A stretch of 64,000 nucleotides of DNA from Trichoplax adhaerens (lineage: Eukaryota; Animalia; Placozoa): positions 5,786,008 through 5,850,007 of the forward strand of contig NW_002060943.1 of the NCBI RefSeq assembly GCF_000150275.1, written 5' to 3'. Shown piece by piece: positions 51,405 through 64,000 of the stretch (positions are counted from its first letter, which is position 1; every line of letters starts with the position of its first letter). The notes under the pieces are model-generated. The model was given only the letters and a program-made list of their open reading frames with translations, was not told where the DNA came from and did no database searches. The position numbers and the translations under genes were made by a program.

Positions 51405-53147
51405 CGGATAGAGCGGAGAGCGAGTTGCAGCTTGCAGGAGCTCAAGTGACGCGTAAGTAGTGTCAATGACAGCAGCTGAGCTTTGATAGTCTCAACGATC
51501 AAGTGACGCCTGATACGATGTCAAAATGGTCAATAGAGATCATTGTACAGTATATTGTACTGCCATGGCTTACTCAATCTTGGCGGGACCACAGCAAAGT
51601 GTCTCTCCCTTAAACTGTTCTTCAACTGTATATTATTATTGTAGTACAGTTTTTGTTGCAGGCCGCAAGCCTGCAACAAAATCTCCATAAACTGCCCGCG
51701 TTATTAGAGCGGAGAGCGAGTTGCAGCTTGCAGGGGCTCAAGTGACGCGTAAGTAGTGTCAATGACAGCGTCTGAGCTTTGATAGTCTCAACGATCAAGT
51801 GACGCCTGATACGATGTCAAAATGGTCAATAGAGATCATTGTACAGTATATTGTACTGCCATGGCTTACTCAATCTTGGCGGGAGCACAGCAAAGTGTCT
51901 CTCCCTTAAACTGTTCTTCAACTGTACATTATTATTGTAGTACAGTTTACGTTGCAGGCTTGCAGCCTGCAACAAAATCTCCATAAAACTACCCGCGTTA
52001 TTAGAGCGGAGAGCGAGTTGCAGCTTGCAGGAGCTCAAGTGACGCGTAAGTAGTGTCAATGACAGCAGCTGAGTTTTGATAGTCTCAACGATCGAGTGAC
52101 GCCTGATACGATGCAAAAATTGTCAATAGAGATCATTGTATATTGTACTCATGTACTGCCATGGCTTACTTAATCTTAGCGGGAGCACAGCAAAGTGTCT
52201 CTCCCTTAAACTGTTCTTCAACTGTATATTATTATTGTAGTACAGTTTTTGTTGCAGGCTTGCGGCCTGCAACAAAATCTCCATAAACTGCCCGCGTTAT
52301 TAGAGCGGAGAGACAGTTGCAGCTTGCAGGGGCTCAAGTGACGCGTAAGTAGTGTCAATGACAGCATCTGAGTTTTGATAGTCTCAACGATCGAGTGACG
52401 CCTGATACGATGCAAAAATTGTCAATAGAGATCATTGTATATTGTACTCATGTACTGCCATGGCTTACTTAATCTTAGCGGGAGCACAGCAAAGTGTCTC
52501 TCCCTTAAACTGTTCTTCAACTGTACATTATTATTGTAGTACAGTTCACGTTGCAGGCTTGCGGCCTGCAACAAAATCTCCATAAACTGCCCGCGTTATT
52601 AGAGCGGAGAGCGAGTTGCAGCTTGCAGGGGCTCAAGTGACGCGTAAGTAGTGTCAATTACAGCATCTGAGTTTTGATAGTCTCAATGATCGAGTGACGC
52701 CTGATACGATGCAAAAATTGTCAATAGAGATCATTGTATATTGTACTCATGTACTGCCATGGCTTACTTAATCTTGGCGGGAGCACAGCAAAGTGTATCT
52801 CCCTTAAACTGTTCTTCAACTGTACATTATTATTGTAGTACAGTTCACGTTGCAGGCTTGCGGCCTGCAACAAAATCTCCATAAACTGCCCGCGTTATTA
52901 GAGCGGAGAGCGAGTTGCAGCTTGCAGGGGCTCAAGTGACGCGTAAGTAGTGTCAATGACAACATCTGAGTTTTGATAGTCTCAACGATCGAGTGACGCC
53001 TGATACGATGCAAAAATTGTCAATAGAGATCATTGTACAGTCTATTGTACTGCCATGGCTTACTTAATCTTGGCGGGAGCACAGCAAAGTGTCTCTCCTT
53101 TATACTGTTCTTCAACTGTACATTATTAATCTCCATAAACTGCCCGC
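51405..53147. repeat. Tandem repeat, ~296-299-bp unit, ~5.8 copies
   Basis: TAGAGCGGAGAGCGAGTTGCAGCTTGCAGG (or a close variant) recurs near 51409, 51705, 52002, 52301, 52600 and 52899. Units are near-identical and more GC-rich than the flanks. This explains the repeated MHRIRRH... ORFs. Confidence 0.95.
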
Positions 53148-54103
53148 TTTATTATCATCTCCATGATCATATCCCCGCGTCTACCAAAATTCAGCTAATT
53201 TTAAAAATTTTATTTTTAAAATAAATAACAACATTTCGTTATCTATCGCTTTATCTCCTAGGCCACGACGCCAATGAAATTATAAATCGGACATGCGTAT
53301 TAGCATAGTGACACGTTGCTCATTTTGGGCTGTGTTGATCTGGGATTCCTGTCACGTGAGATGCGCCATCAAAATGCTTCCATCAGCAAGAAAGAAAGAA
53401 TATGGATTGTGTTTATTGGGCACGATTACAGCCTAAACTCTACATGTATACAGTGTGTAGAATTCCTTCCGTAGAGGTTAAAAGATGGTATTTTCATTGA
53501 CATTTGCGGCATCTACAAGGAAAACTTAAATGGAACAGAGAGGGATGCATAAAGATTGCTTCCAGACAGTACAAATGAAGGTCCCTGCTAGACATAGTAC
53601 TGTACAGTATGTTGTTTTCCGAGGTAGAAAAGGGAAATAATATTGCTGAAACTAACGTCAAAATACTATACTTTACATCATTATGTAGCTCGAGAGCTGA
53701 ACTTTTTATACATGTTGATAGAAATGCTGTCTATACAAGACCAGTCAAAGCACATCGTAATAATTATGATGTACTTTGCCATCCCAATGTTGGAAACGCA
53801 AATAAACACACAGTCTACAGTCTCCAGTACAAATCATCCAGTAGAAATTAACCAGTTCACCGTTGTACAGCACAGTACATTGCACTGTACACCTCACAGT
53901 GCAATGTACTGTACCGACGATTGATTTATTTACAATACATTACTGTACATAGCTACGTGGCAAGAAGTTTCCCAAAATTTGCTTACTCGTCATTTTGCAA
54001 TGTTTACTGCAGTTATTGGCTATCGCTTTGATATCCTGTAGAATTTACTGTGTACATAGATAGTTTTGCTGTCATCATCAACAAGCAATACCATACTCGT
54101 CTC

Positions 54104-54110
54104 TATATAA
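54104..54110 (+). promoter_or_regulatory. Candidate TATA box of the P450 gene
   Basis: TATATAA in a relatively GC-balanced context ~250 bp upstream of ATG 54358. The support is positional only. Confidence 0.3.
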
Positions 54111-54357
54111 GCAGCTGAATGACCGGTGCTCGTCGTATTAAAGGGTAGTCCATCCAGTCATCAATCTCTTAGCTTAGCCTTTGCGACAGGAAGAAAAATA
54201 GCCATTGGCAGCTAGTTACCACACTGTTCTGTCGAATCTTCATAAGATTATCTTATTATACACCACTTTCTTCTAGCACCAAATAGTGACAATCCTGTAT
54301 TTCTCCTTGAGCCAGTTTAGTGCAAGCATTAGCATCGATAATTAGAATTAACAAACC

Positions 54358-57200
54358 ATGAACGCAACAACGTCTATCCTCATCACTTCTGCTGCTGTGC
54401 TTTTGGGCTACCTCTTCTACAAGTAAGTTCGGATTACTTCCACATTACTGTACTGTATGCTAATGGTTACTCTCATTGACAGTCACGATCAATCGATTGC
54501 ACATGATCCACATTAAGAATTTGACACGTTTTAATGTTTGTTTCATTCTGGATTGATTCTTTCATTTTCTTCCGATCAATTTGCTAGATATTCCATTATA
54601 CTATTATTCTTCAGGTCATTCCAGCTTGTTTACTTTTGCAACAAAGATTTCCATTATCGATCCATGACTGTATCAACTGCAAAGACAGTTGATATGACTC
54701 ATTTTTTCCGCGTTTAATTAAGTTAATGAACCTTAACCAAGAGTAAAGTTAATCAATCAGCTTACTAGACATTGCATGAAGAAAACAAAAGCTGATTGAG
54801 ATAGGAATAAGGGTGTGAAAGATGTTAGTGTTAATAACGTTCTATGACAATTGTACAATATAGCACAACCTATATACGAGTACATCTGAAAAACACTTGC
54901 TTAGAATGGATTGACTTACTTTTGATCCTTAATCAATAAGGTTGAGGTTAATAAGATAGAATATCGCTCAATTTAAAGATACAGTGGCCTACTATTGCAT
55001 CGTTTTCTATTGATACACATAGCATACTGCACATAGACATATCCTATTTATTTGTCCCTAAAATGAAGTCATGATACCTCGTTCAACCGTTCTCATTCTA
55101 CGTGTACATCAATTTAATGATTATCTATTGGAGTCCTTAAGAGACTTTTTATCTACAGGATTTATCCATTATATTGTATTAAATTGTTCTAAACCCTAAC
55201 ATCTATAGCTGTGATAACTTAATTATCGTAGGATACGATGATATCATGTGATCGTTATGAAAACTACTATAATGCCTCTTGTAACGAATCCTAATCGAAT
55301 AGAACAAGTCTAAGTTTCATAATTTGTTAAAGTATGCTATTGTACTGTACGATTTAACAAAACTGTATTGACTTGCAGTAAATCATTTTTCCAATGCAAA
55401 ATTGATATCACTATCTCTAATAAGAGAATTAAAGCTCTGTCTGCAGATAATTGTGTAGGTCTAATCATTGATTTTCTGTTATTATCCTACTTCTGCTCTA
55501 AGTGGACACCTACTGTGCAAACAATTCACTATTGGATAGATGCTTATTTCTACTGTACTATACTATAGTCACAAACATACTGAGCTATAACGTTATTGCA
55601 ACTTGTAGGAGCTGGTAGAATTGAACGATTAATAGTCAAATTACAGATGATAAATCAGCTTGTGAATGAAATACGACCTTAATGTTTTATGCATATACTT
55701 TATCAGGAAATTTGTCAAGCCACTTCAACATTTCTCTAATCATGGCATTCCAGGTCCTAAACCAATACCGCTAGTAGGCAACATACTCAATGGCACTTTA
55801 AGAGAGGTATTATACAATATGCATGCCATTATAATCGTTCTACAGTATATGGAGTTCTCGTCATCATCATGTTGTAGTTTAGCGCAGTCCTAGTACAGTG
55901 TTAGTAGTTTAGGCCCCTGCTATGATGGTATCATATCAAAGTAATACACAATTTTAAGTATTATCGTGTGATTCATCTTTTTACGTAGGGAATTCATCCA
56001 GGATTATTAAATTTGGCCGCAAAGTATGGAGATATTTTCGGGTAATGAATATAATTCTTCACATATTAACTACGATTTGCTTTAAATAAACTAAAATATC
56101 TAGCTCAATCTTTCTTATGGACATTGTAAAGGCAAAGTATCAACTTTATTATTTCTCGATTTTAATTCCATATTGTAGTTTTTACTTCGGTCCCGTTCGT
56201 GTTTGTTACGTCGGCAAACCTGACGTGGTCAAGCAAATCCTTGTCAAGGAATTTCCCAAGTTTACAAATAAAGTAAATTGTGCTACTCATTAACAAAGAA
56301 TAGTATAGAAGGAAATATCCGTTGTAGTAATGATAATGTCTTGTTCTAATTTTCAGATATCGTGTCATTTTGCTACTAACTAACTCTATACAGACGCTCA
56401 GAAACTAATAAACTTTGTTTAATATCGTTTATTAAGATTGGAGCTACCACTACTACAATTCTCGATCTGAATTTGGAGAGCCTCCGCTCTCTAGTTAAAA
56501 GCAGCCTCGGTTCACGGTTATTTCTGCTATATTCGTATATCTATGTTAGGGGCATGAGGGAATGTGGTGAGGATTGTACGATTGAAGGTTACCATTTCAG
56601 CGAAGGAACTTCTGTTGTGTATCCTATTTATGGTNTGCATCACGATACTAGGTACTGGGAAAATCCTGAGGATTTTGACCCTGAAAGGTAACCAGGATTA
56701 TTACGTTTTAAGATTTGAAAGTATACGCATATATACATTCGTAAATCTTAATGCCATTCCTAGTAACGATTGATCTATATACTGCACTTTTTCTCTTTTT
56801 TTCATGATTCCAATTCTAGATTTAGCGAAGAAAGAAAAAATGATATACAGCCGTTTACATATCTACCTTTTAGTACTGGCCCTCGAGTATGCATAGGCAT
56901 GCGTCTTGCTATGATCGAAATTAAGATTACTCTTTGTTATCTTCTTCGAAGATTTAGATTTATTCGAGCTCCAGAGACGGAAGTAAGTCGCAATATTTGT
57001 TAAACTGCTTTTCTAAATATCTTTGATTATACGACATCTATATAATCTTGTAGCGTACAATGTCATTTTTCTAAATTATTGCAGTCTTAGTAACCTTTTT
57101 ATGTCTGTTTCTTTAGGTTCCAGTGAAATTAAGTGTGTATGCAACTTTGTGTCCCGCAAATGGAATTAAAATTAAGGTTGTCGATAGAAAGCACTCGTAA
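54358..57200 (+). pseudogene. Cytochrome P450, clan 3 (CYP3/TBXAS1-like), with central exons missing (pseudogene or assembly collapse)
   Basis: Exons 54358-54422 (N-terminal anchor), 55707-55806 (GIPGPKPIPLVGN), 55989-56041 (KYGDIFG), 56179-56272 (KPDVVKQILVKEFPKFTN), then directly 56550-56687 (HHDTRYWENPEDFDPER), 56820-56982 (heme signature FSTGPRVCIG), 57117-57200. Only 277 bp lie where more than 250 codons (helices B' to K) are expected, and the flanking phases (0 and 2) do not match. Confidence 0.85.
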
Positions 57201-58465
57201 AATAGATATTGTAGCTTCATCTGTTATACTACTGTCATTTAAAGTTCCTTGAATTATTTTACATCACATTCATAGTATGGTACCTATTGTTACCAAGCAA
57301 TATTAATTGTATGTAGTATATACAGCACTCAGATTTATATAATTTAACGTATGTGGTAATAATAGCAGTAATACTATACGTTGTTAAATAGCTTGAATAG
57401 GATCTTTTTACGTTGAATGAAGCATATTAAAGATTCTATATATATCTAATTTTTAGCAATTGCTATCTTATAAACTTATGTATATTGAGTGTCTGTGTCT
57501 TAAAAAATTACTGCAACAGAAGTTCTATGAAACCTATCATCTACGTCATTTTTATTTATTAATTTGAATTTTTAGATATAAGATAAGGTCGTGTAAGACC
57601 AAAATAACCAGTATAAGAATGAAACTTAACATGATAGATGGTGACATATACCCTGCAAGATAAAAGCGAAATAAATAAATTTTACAATTAAACATTTTGG
57701 TATCCTTTTACTTGTATATGAAATTAATAAATAAGCAAATATATATAAAAATATTTCGATTCTTTCGAAACTTGTGGAACCTCAATTTAAGATGGAGAAT
57801 ACCGTACAGATAGTAATAGACGGTAGTCAGCAGGCACAAAAACGGCACCGCCGTCTTATTCTTCTGTACTCTATCAAAGTTGTAAACAAGTCTAAGTACT
57901 CGCCATGATGCCTTGTCAGCAGTTTTTTAAAGGCCAGTATTGGAGGAATATTGCAACTGCATATCTGCATATGACTGAGTCGTACAGTATTGTATTGATT
58001 GATCTAAATGTAGAAGACAGGAGTTTGTCGATAGCTAGCGTTTGATCTTGATGAGAAATTTAGTAAGCTTTTATCACTCTTTAAAAATAGCAAAAGGTGA
58101 GCAGGAGTACTCGTTGCAATATGCTATTACAATATCTATCTATTCGACACTGATACTGCGCTCTGTCTCAGCTACCTATATATTGGCATAAAAGAGACGT
58201 ATTTGATTGTGCACGTATGATGTATCATCATCGCAGAAGCCATATAACACTACGTAAAAAAGTAATGAATTTGAAATTCTATTCTTGCTGATGTGTATCA
58301 CAAGTGCAACATAGTAGTGAAAAATTAGTATAATGATCAATCCGATGAGTTGATTAAGGGATGTTCTATCCTAGCAAATACTTTCCGTTAATATAACAAT
58401 ACGAGTTTACAGTGGTAAAATGCATAAAATTACAGTGCAAAATGATTTATTGACATTATTAATTT

Positions 58466-58611
58466 AATCTGACCGATACGGGTACTTATGCAACGTAGAT
58501 TTCTTACATGCAGAAACATGCACAGGAGACAAATTAAATTAAATTAAATCCGACCGATACGGGTATCTAAGCAACGTAGATTTCTTGCATGCAGAAACAT
58601 GAACAGGAGAC
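58466..58611. repeat. Direct repeat, ~65 bp x2
   Basis: AATC(T/C)GACCGATACGGGTA..GCAACGTAGATTTCTT(A/G)CATGCAGAAACATG(C/A)ACAGGAGAC occurs at 58466 and 58547. Confidence 0.9.
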
Positions 58612-59314
58612 GAATGCTTATATGTATATAGCTTGATTTTAGTAAAGACCATTTAATTACGTAAAAACCCGCTGTAAGAAAGAATAAGTATCCAAGTGAA
58701 CACAGCCGACTTTTACACTAGTCATCAATTAGGAGTGATAATGAATGATTGTTTATGAATTTTTATATCCGATTAAATTTGCATGTTTTTAATAACAACT
58801 TTCATAACTCTAACCACTCACTAGATTAGACATGTCAGCAAAATTATTTTCAGATATACAATGAAGAATGTAATATACAGGTATGCCAAGAGTCTGGCAA
58901 TAGTGGAACCAAAGGCTTGATCACGTTCAGTTGAAATAAGCTACAAATGAGTGGCATATTGTCTTTAGCAAAATAAATAGCTTTAGTTTTACGTGATCTG
59001 ATGTTAGGGAATAATTCAAAGTTTCAAAGTTGTGATAATGTTCCAACGTAAAAAGCAAAATTTTTAGTTTTATGAATGCCTTCGAATAGCAATACGAAAT
59101 CTAAATAGATTAGAACGTTCCACTTCAATGGGTGACAATTATTGTGCATACAGCCTTCTAATTATAATGATTTGATATCCGAATCAGACAGAAAAATACT
59201 TCCCAGGAATTTAATAGCTAGCAAAGTTATAGTGTTGAAGACTAGTTCAGACACATTAAAATGACAAAGAAGCATCCAGTAAATTATAATAAATAAAAAT
59301 GAAAGTCTGTGGTA

Positions 59315-62239
59315 TTATTTAACATTGTAGTAATTCGATGGAAGAAATGGCATTCTTGCAATGGTAGCATTAACTTTTTTATTTCTAACTTGTAACTGCA
59401 CCTCTGTACCGATTTTGCAGAATGCAGTCTTAATATAACCCATAGCAATATTCTTCTTTAAACTGGGAGAAGGTGAACCACTAGTAATTATGCCTAACCC
59501 AAAATCGAAATGTCAGTTGAAATAAAGTTCAGGTAAGAATTAAATCCTTGTAACATGCGTACCTATTTCATCATCATGACTTGAAAAAATTTTCGTACCG
59601 CCTGTCAGTATAAAATAAAATGTTTGCATATTAAACCATTGTAAGCGTTTGGCGTTATCATGCAACGTGCATACTGTCTTGATTAATGAGCTAGTTTTAA
59701 ACTTGAAAAATTTACCACGTGCAGGAGGACCAGTAGAAATTAACCCAACTCTCTTGCGTGACGGACCTTCTTGCAACTGTTTTATGATAGTATCCGATCC
59801 AGGAAAGTTACCTGTGTTTCGACGAGCTTTACCTACTGTCCAAGCAAGCCCTGCCTCTATAGGGGTGGTTTCTTCATCGATATCGTTTCCATACAAACAT
59901 AGTCCTGCTTCTAATCTTAGGCTATCCCTTGCACCTAAGCCTGCTAGCTTAACCTCAGGATGTTTCAAAAACTCTTGAGCTAACTTAGCGCAATAGTCCG
60001 AAGGAACTGAAATCTAACGATAAATTTTCAAAGATTAAACAATCAATCGTTCAAGTAGCAATAAATAAATCATTTAAGTATAATATTTTCCTAAATTAGA
60101 TTAACCTCAAATCCATCTTCTCCAGTGTAGCCGCCTCTTGCGATAAAGCAGCCATCAATGTCAGCAATATTACTATTCGTATAGCCCATGAACGGAATCT
60201 GACTCAAATTAGAGTTTGTTAATCTCTGTAAAACTACAGCAGACTTTGGTCCTATAATTTTAATGCCGAAATAACCCATGTCCATATTATGTAAAGTATT
60301 ACAAATGATGAGGACAATTAGGATAGTAATCACCTTGTAAAGCTAAAAGCCCTCTATTAGTAATAACCTTTACATCGACACTTTGATGGGATGATGAGTT
60401 GAATTGGTTCATTTTTGTCTAAAAATGAAGAGATTTAGACGACATAGTGGTAGAAACAACAATGATCACCACGCTTATTTTTTTCAGTTTCCAATAATAA
60501 TCCAGATTTTCAACATTATTATACGACCTGCTAGACTGATAACTTGGAAAGGTGAAAGCGTGAAAGTATTTATTTACCTGGATGTGTTGTACGACTTTTT
60601 CGCTACAAGCAGCATTGGAAACTACACTGATTGATTCATCCGAGATTTTACTGACGATTAAATCATCAATTATACCGCCATTTTCATTAGTAAAGACAGA
60701 TAATGTACCACGACCTTGTGGAAGGTTTGCCACATCAGTAACAATTAGTGATTCAAGGAACTATAGAATATTAATGGAATATTTGACATTCATTATAGAA
60801 TAATGAGAAAGCTACTGCTAAAAAATCACAGTATGTTGAAAGTAAATTTTTAACATAATTTACTGTAATACCAAATTTCTAGCAAAATGAACTATCATAC
60901 ATGCTATGGCATTTATTATAGAATTACCAGAAAGATACTGTATACAGGAAAGTGCAAAAAATCGCAGTATGTTGAAAATATTGGCAATAGAGTGTATGAT
61001 AGTTCATTTTGCTAGAAATTTGGTATTAGTGTAAATTATGTTAAAAATTAATATGACCATCGTTATCTAAGCAATCCATAGAATTGACGTCATTCTCATC
61101 CTTACCTTAACACAACCTGAATTGCCGAAAGTCAATTGTAGCATATGCGATACATCGAAAAGAGAACATTCTTGGCGTGTATGTAAATGTTCTTGCACTA
61201 AACCACTACCAGTATATTGAATAGGAAGTGCCCATCCAGCAAAAGGGACAATTTTACCACCATGTTGTAGATGAAAATCATAGAGGGGCGTCTTCTTGGC
61301 ATCGGAAGCCTAAAGTGTTGGTAAGGATATCGACCCATTAATAAATCAACAGAAGGCAATAGACACTACATTGATTGTATGACGCAACTGCAAGATATGG
61401 CAATATTATCAACATCAATCAATACTATGTTCTAATTTGAACTTCATTTATTCATTCATTGCTTAACTCTATGAAACAAAACTTTGTCCCTATAACAAAG
61501 AGTGCACGTAATCATGGATGACCTAGTTAACTCAATGAGTAAGTGCTGTCAAAAGTGGCAACATCCCTTGCAATAAGTCGCATTCCTACAAAGGATAACT
61601 TGATGCAAGATCAATTTTTCTCTTCCAAACAGACTCTATCCTAGCGAATCGCTTGCAGGTTATGCGTCCATTGTACTCGTATGAAGTGACGTCAACGCAA
61701 AACTATCATAACAACAACTGTAGACATTACTATAAGATATTGTCGTTTGTCATGAACGTAGATGAAAACAGAATCATTATCCTTTCATCATTTTTACTAG
61801 TACAACATAACTATAGTATGATGGAGTTCAAAAGTCCAATCTCGCAAATGAATCCAACGTTAATATACCCCCTTCCCCCCCCCAAAAAAATAATAATGAT
61901 TGAGGATAACATGATCATTCCTTACTGTCAAAAGACGTACTCGATTGGTTGCATGAACAAAATACAGTTTACAGAAGCCAATTTCTATCTTATTGATGAT
62001 ACAATCTTAATATGGCCATACAGGTGCCTGCTTAGCAGAAAGTAGTCAATAATAGAAAATGATGCTGGATATGAACCCGTTACCTGAGTGGTTAATAAGC
62101 GGCCATTTTGGACGGTACATCGACACCGTCCAACCGTCGCCCAGCCAGCCGCAAAACAACGTTGGACGACGTTGGAATGAACATCATAGCCAATACGAGA
62201 TAAAAAATGACCGGATTGGATAGCCCTTGCAGCAGCCAT
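59315..62239 (-). CDS. AMT: Aminomethyltransferase (glycine cleavage system T protein), mitochondrial
   Basis: Exons (-): 62239-62084 (Arg-rich transit peptide), 61309-61106 ([35 protein letters not shown]), 60760-60578 ([13 protein letters not shown]), 60418-60334 (LLALQG), 60251-60106 ([11 protein letters not shown]), 60013-59716 ([20 protein letters not shown]), 59601-59563, 59493-59315 ([26 protein letters not shown]). Diagnostic GcvT motifs and an open frame throughout. Confidence 0.96.
60845..61049. mobile_element. Foldback / MITE-like element in AMT intron 2
   Basis: Near-perfect ~55-bp inverted repeats (60845-60901 TTTTTAACATAATTTAC..CCAAATTTCTAGCAAAATGAACTATCATAC and 60993-61049) around a ~90-bp spacer, with no coding capacity. 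Confidence 0.6.
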
Positions 62240-62526
62240 ACCGTGGTGTCTCTAAGAGGTGTTGTTCAATTTAAAAATTGGACTGGGCTTTCACTGGGCT
62301 TTTGTGCTTGACACTAACTACAGTGAAAGCTCAACCTACCGTAGGGCGGAACCGCGAGCCAAACTGTTCATACCGTACCGTGTACAGTACTGTAGTATAC
62401 TGTACTATACTGTAGACTGAGTGTACTGTAACACTGTACTGTTTATAATGGTGGTGTCGATGTAGAATTGCCCTGACTGTCTTCTACTGTATTTCGACCG
62501 CCCAGTCATCGAAACTACAGTACAGT

Positions 62527-63256
62527 AACTACATACCTTTGGATAGGAAAGTGGACTCATTTTGAGGCCCACATATTTAACTTAGAGGCATTTCAAACTA
62601 CATACCTCTGGATAGGAAAGTGGACTCATTTTGAGGCCCACATATTGAACTTAGAGGCATTTCAAACTACATACCTCTAGATAGCAAATTGGATTCATTT
62701 TGAGTCCTACATTTTTATTAGGTTAGGGGCATTTCAAACTACTGGACATACCTCTGGATAGGAAAGTGGACTTATTTTGAGTCCTACATATTTATTAGGT
62801 TATTAGGGGCATTTTAAACTACTGGACATACCTCTGGATAGGAAAGTGGACTCATTTTGAGTCCTACATATTTATTAGGTTAGGGGCATTTTAAACTACT
62901 GGACATACCTTTGGATAGGAAAGTAGACTCATTTTGAGGCCCACATATTTAACTTAGAGGCATTTCAAACTACATACCTCTGGATTGGAAAGTGGACTCA
63001 TTTTGAGGCACACATATTTAACTTAGGGGCATTTCAAACTACATACCACTGGGATAGGAAAGTGGACTCATTCTGAGGCCCACGTATTTATTAGGTTAGG
63101 ACATTTCAACCTACATACCTCTGGATAGGAAAGTGGACTCATTTTGAGGCCCACCTATTTAACTTAGGGGCATTTCAAACTACTGTGCATACCTCAGGAC
63201 AGGAAAGTGGACTCATTTTGAGGCCTACGTATTTATTAGGTTAGTGGCATTTCAAT
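62527..63256. repeat. Minisatellite, ~69-80-bp unit, ~10 copies
   Basis: Unit CTACATACCTCTGGATAGGAAAGTGGACTCATTTTGAGGCCCACATATTTAACTTAGAGGCATTTCAAA repeated head to tail, with indel variants (AACTTAG vs ATTAGGTTAG; with or without CTGGA). It begins ~290 bp upstream of the AMT start codon. Confidence 0.95.
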
Positions 63257-64000
63257 ACCGAGAACTTGTAAGAGAAAATTTTCTCCTTTCACAAGGCATG
63301 GATTGTACTTCATACTTTGCAAAGTATCATTACAAGTATCGGGAAATATCTTTTATATCTTTTGCAATATACTGACAGACACCATGGATTTTCCAAGGGA
63401 AAATGGGAGGACGGTGGCTTTAGCATGACTTGATTACAGTACATTATTTTGGGTTGTAGAGGAGAGTTGAACAGTCTCTGGAATTGCTCTCTTCGCATTT
63501 CCTGTGCTGTAGTACTGTACTCTTGTAGTCCTAGGCACTACTGCACAGTAAAGTGGTTGAACGGAGTGAAAATGTAACTCGAACCCAATAAAACCCGATC
63601 AAATTATTCATTTTCGAACCCGAAATGAAAACAATTGCCATACAAACACTTTATTACCACAAAAATTCTTAATCCGAATCCTGCCCTCGAGTCAGGTTCA
63701 AGCCGGGTTTTGGGTTGACCTTGAAGTGCCAGCTACAAGGACACAGTTTGCAGTTCACTACATCAGTAATAGTGTTACTATTCATGCTGTAAAGAATGCT
63801 ACTGCAATTCTGCGAACTATCTTGATGCTGAATATTCTAGATATTGTGTTGAAGTGGCAAGAACATCTTCATCTCATGATTGCTAATCGAATATGCCACA
63901 GATATTAAAGTATTTGACTGCAGTATTTAGTAGTCAGCTAATTGTTGCGTGTTGTACGGCCAGGTATATGAAAGAGAAAAACTTTAGTTCCTTTCAGATT

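Noticed and set aside
51826-53224. Repeated ORFs MHRIRRHSIVETIK... as a small gene family
   Set aside because: They are by-products of the tandem repeat. Unit lengths are mostly not multiples of 3, the starts are non-ATG, and no domain is recognisable.
59649-60803. Plus-strand ORFs 59649-59978, 60404-60634 and 60582-60803
   Set aside because: They are antisense shadows of AMT exons.
61653-62045. 130-aa plus-strand ORF
   Set aside because: It lies antisense within AMT intron 1, has a non-ATG start, spans a C/A homopolymer run and has no recognisable domain.
62527-63256. CRISPR-like array
   Set aside because: The sequence between the conserved cores is itself repeated, so there are no unique spacers. 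There are no cas genes and the context is an intron-rich eukaryote.

Overview
This is AT-rich eukaryotic (animal) genomic DNA with short GT-AG introns; the style suggests a placozoan such as Trichoplax, which is inference only. The ORF track shows only exon fragments, so I built the gene models by hand from splice sites, intron phases and paralog comparison. The main content (about 0.3-50.6 kb, + strand) is a tandem array of five paralogous single-pass receptor genes with the architecture signal peptide - short furin-cleavable propeptide - MAM - kringle - SRCR - SRCR - MAM - TM (GCxxG) - tail ending in PPxY. I do not recognise this combination from any characterised protein. The paralogs have diverged by module. 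Copy 4 has lost the PPxY tail and one SRCR disulfide pair. Copy 5 lacks SRCR2 and MAM2 and has an unresolved first exon. In all copies the kringle acidic lysine-binding motif is replaced by basic residues. A decayed LRR gene lies just upstream of copy 5. Downstream are a ~298-bp tandem repeat with an invertible hairpin, a clan-3 cytochrome P450 missing its central exons, an intact AMT (glycine cleavage T protein) gene on the - strand, and a ~69-bp minisatellite upstream of AMT. I saw no CRISPR array, rRNA or tRNA.
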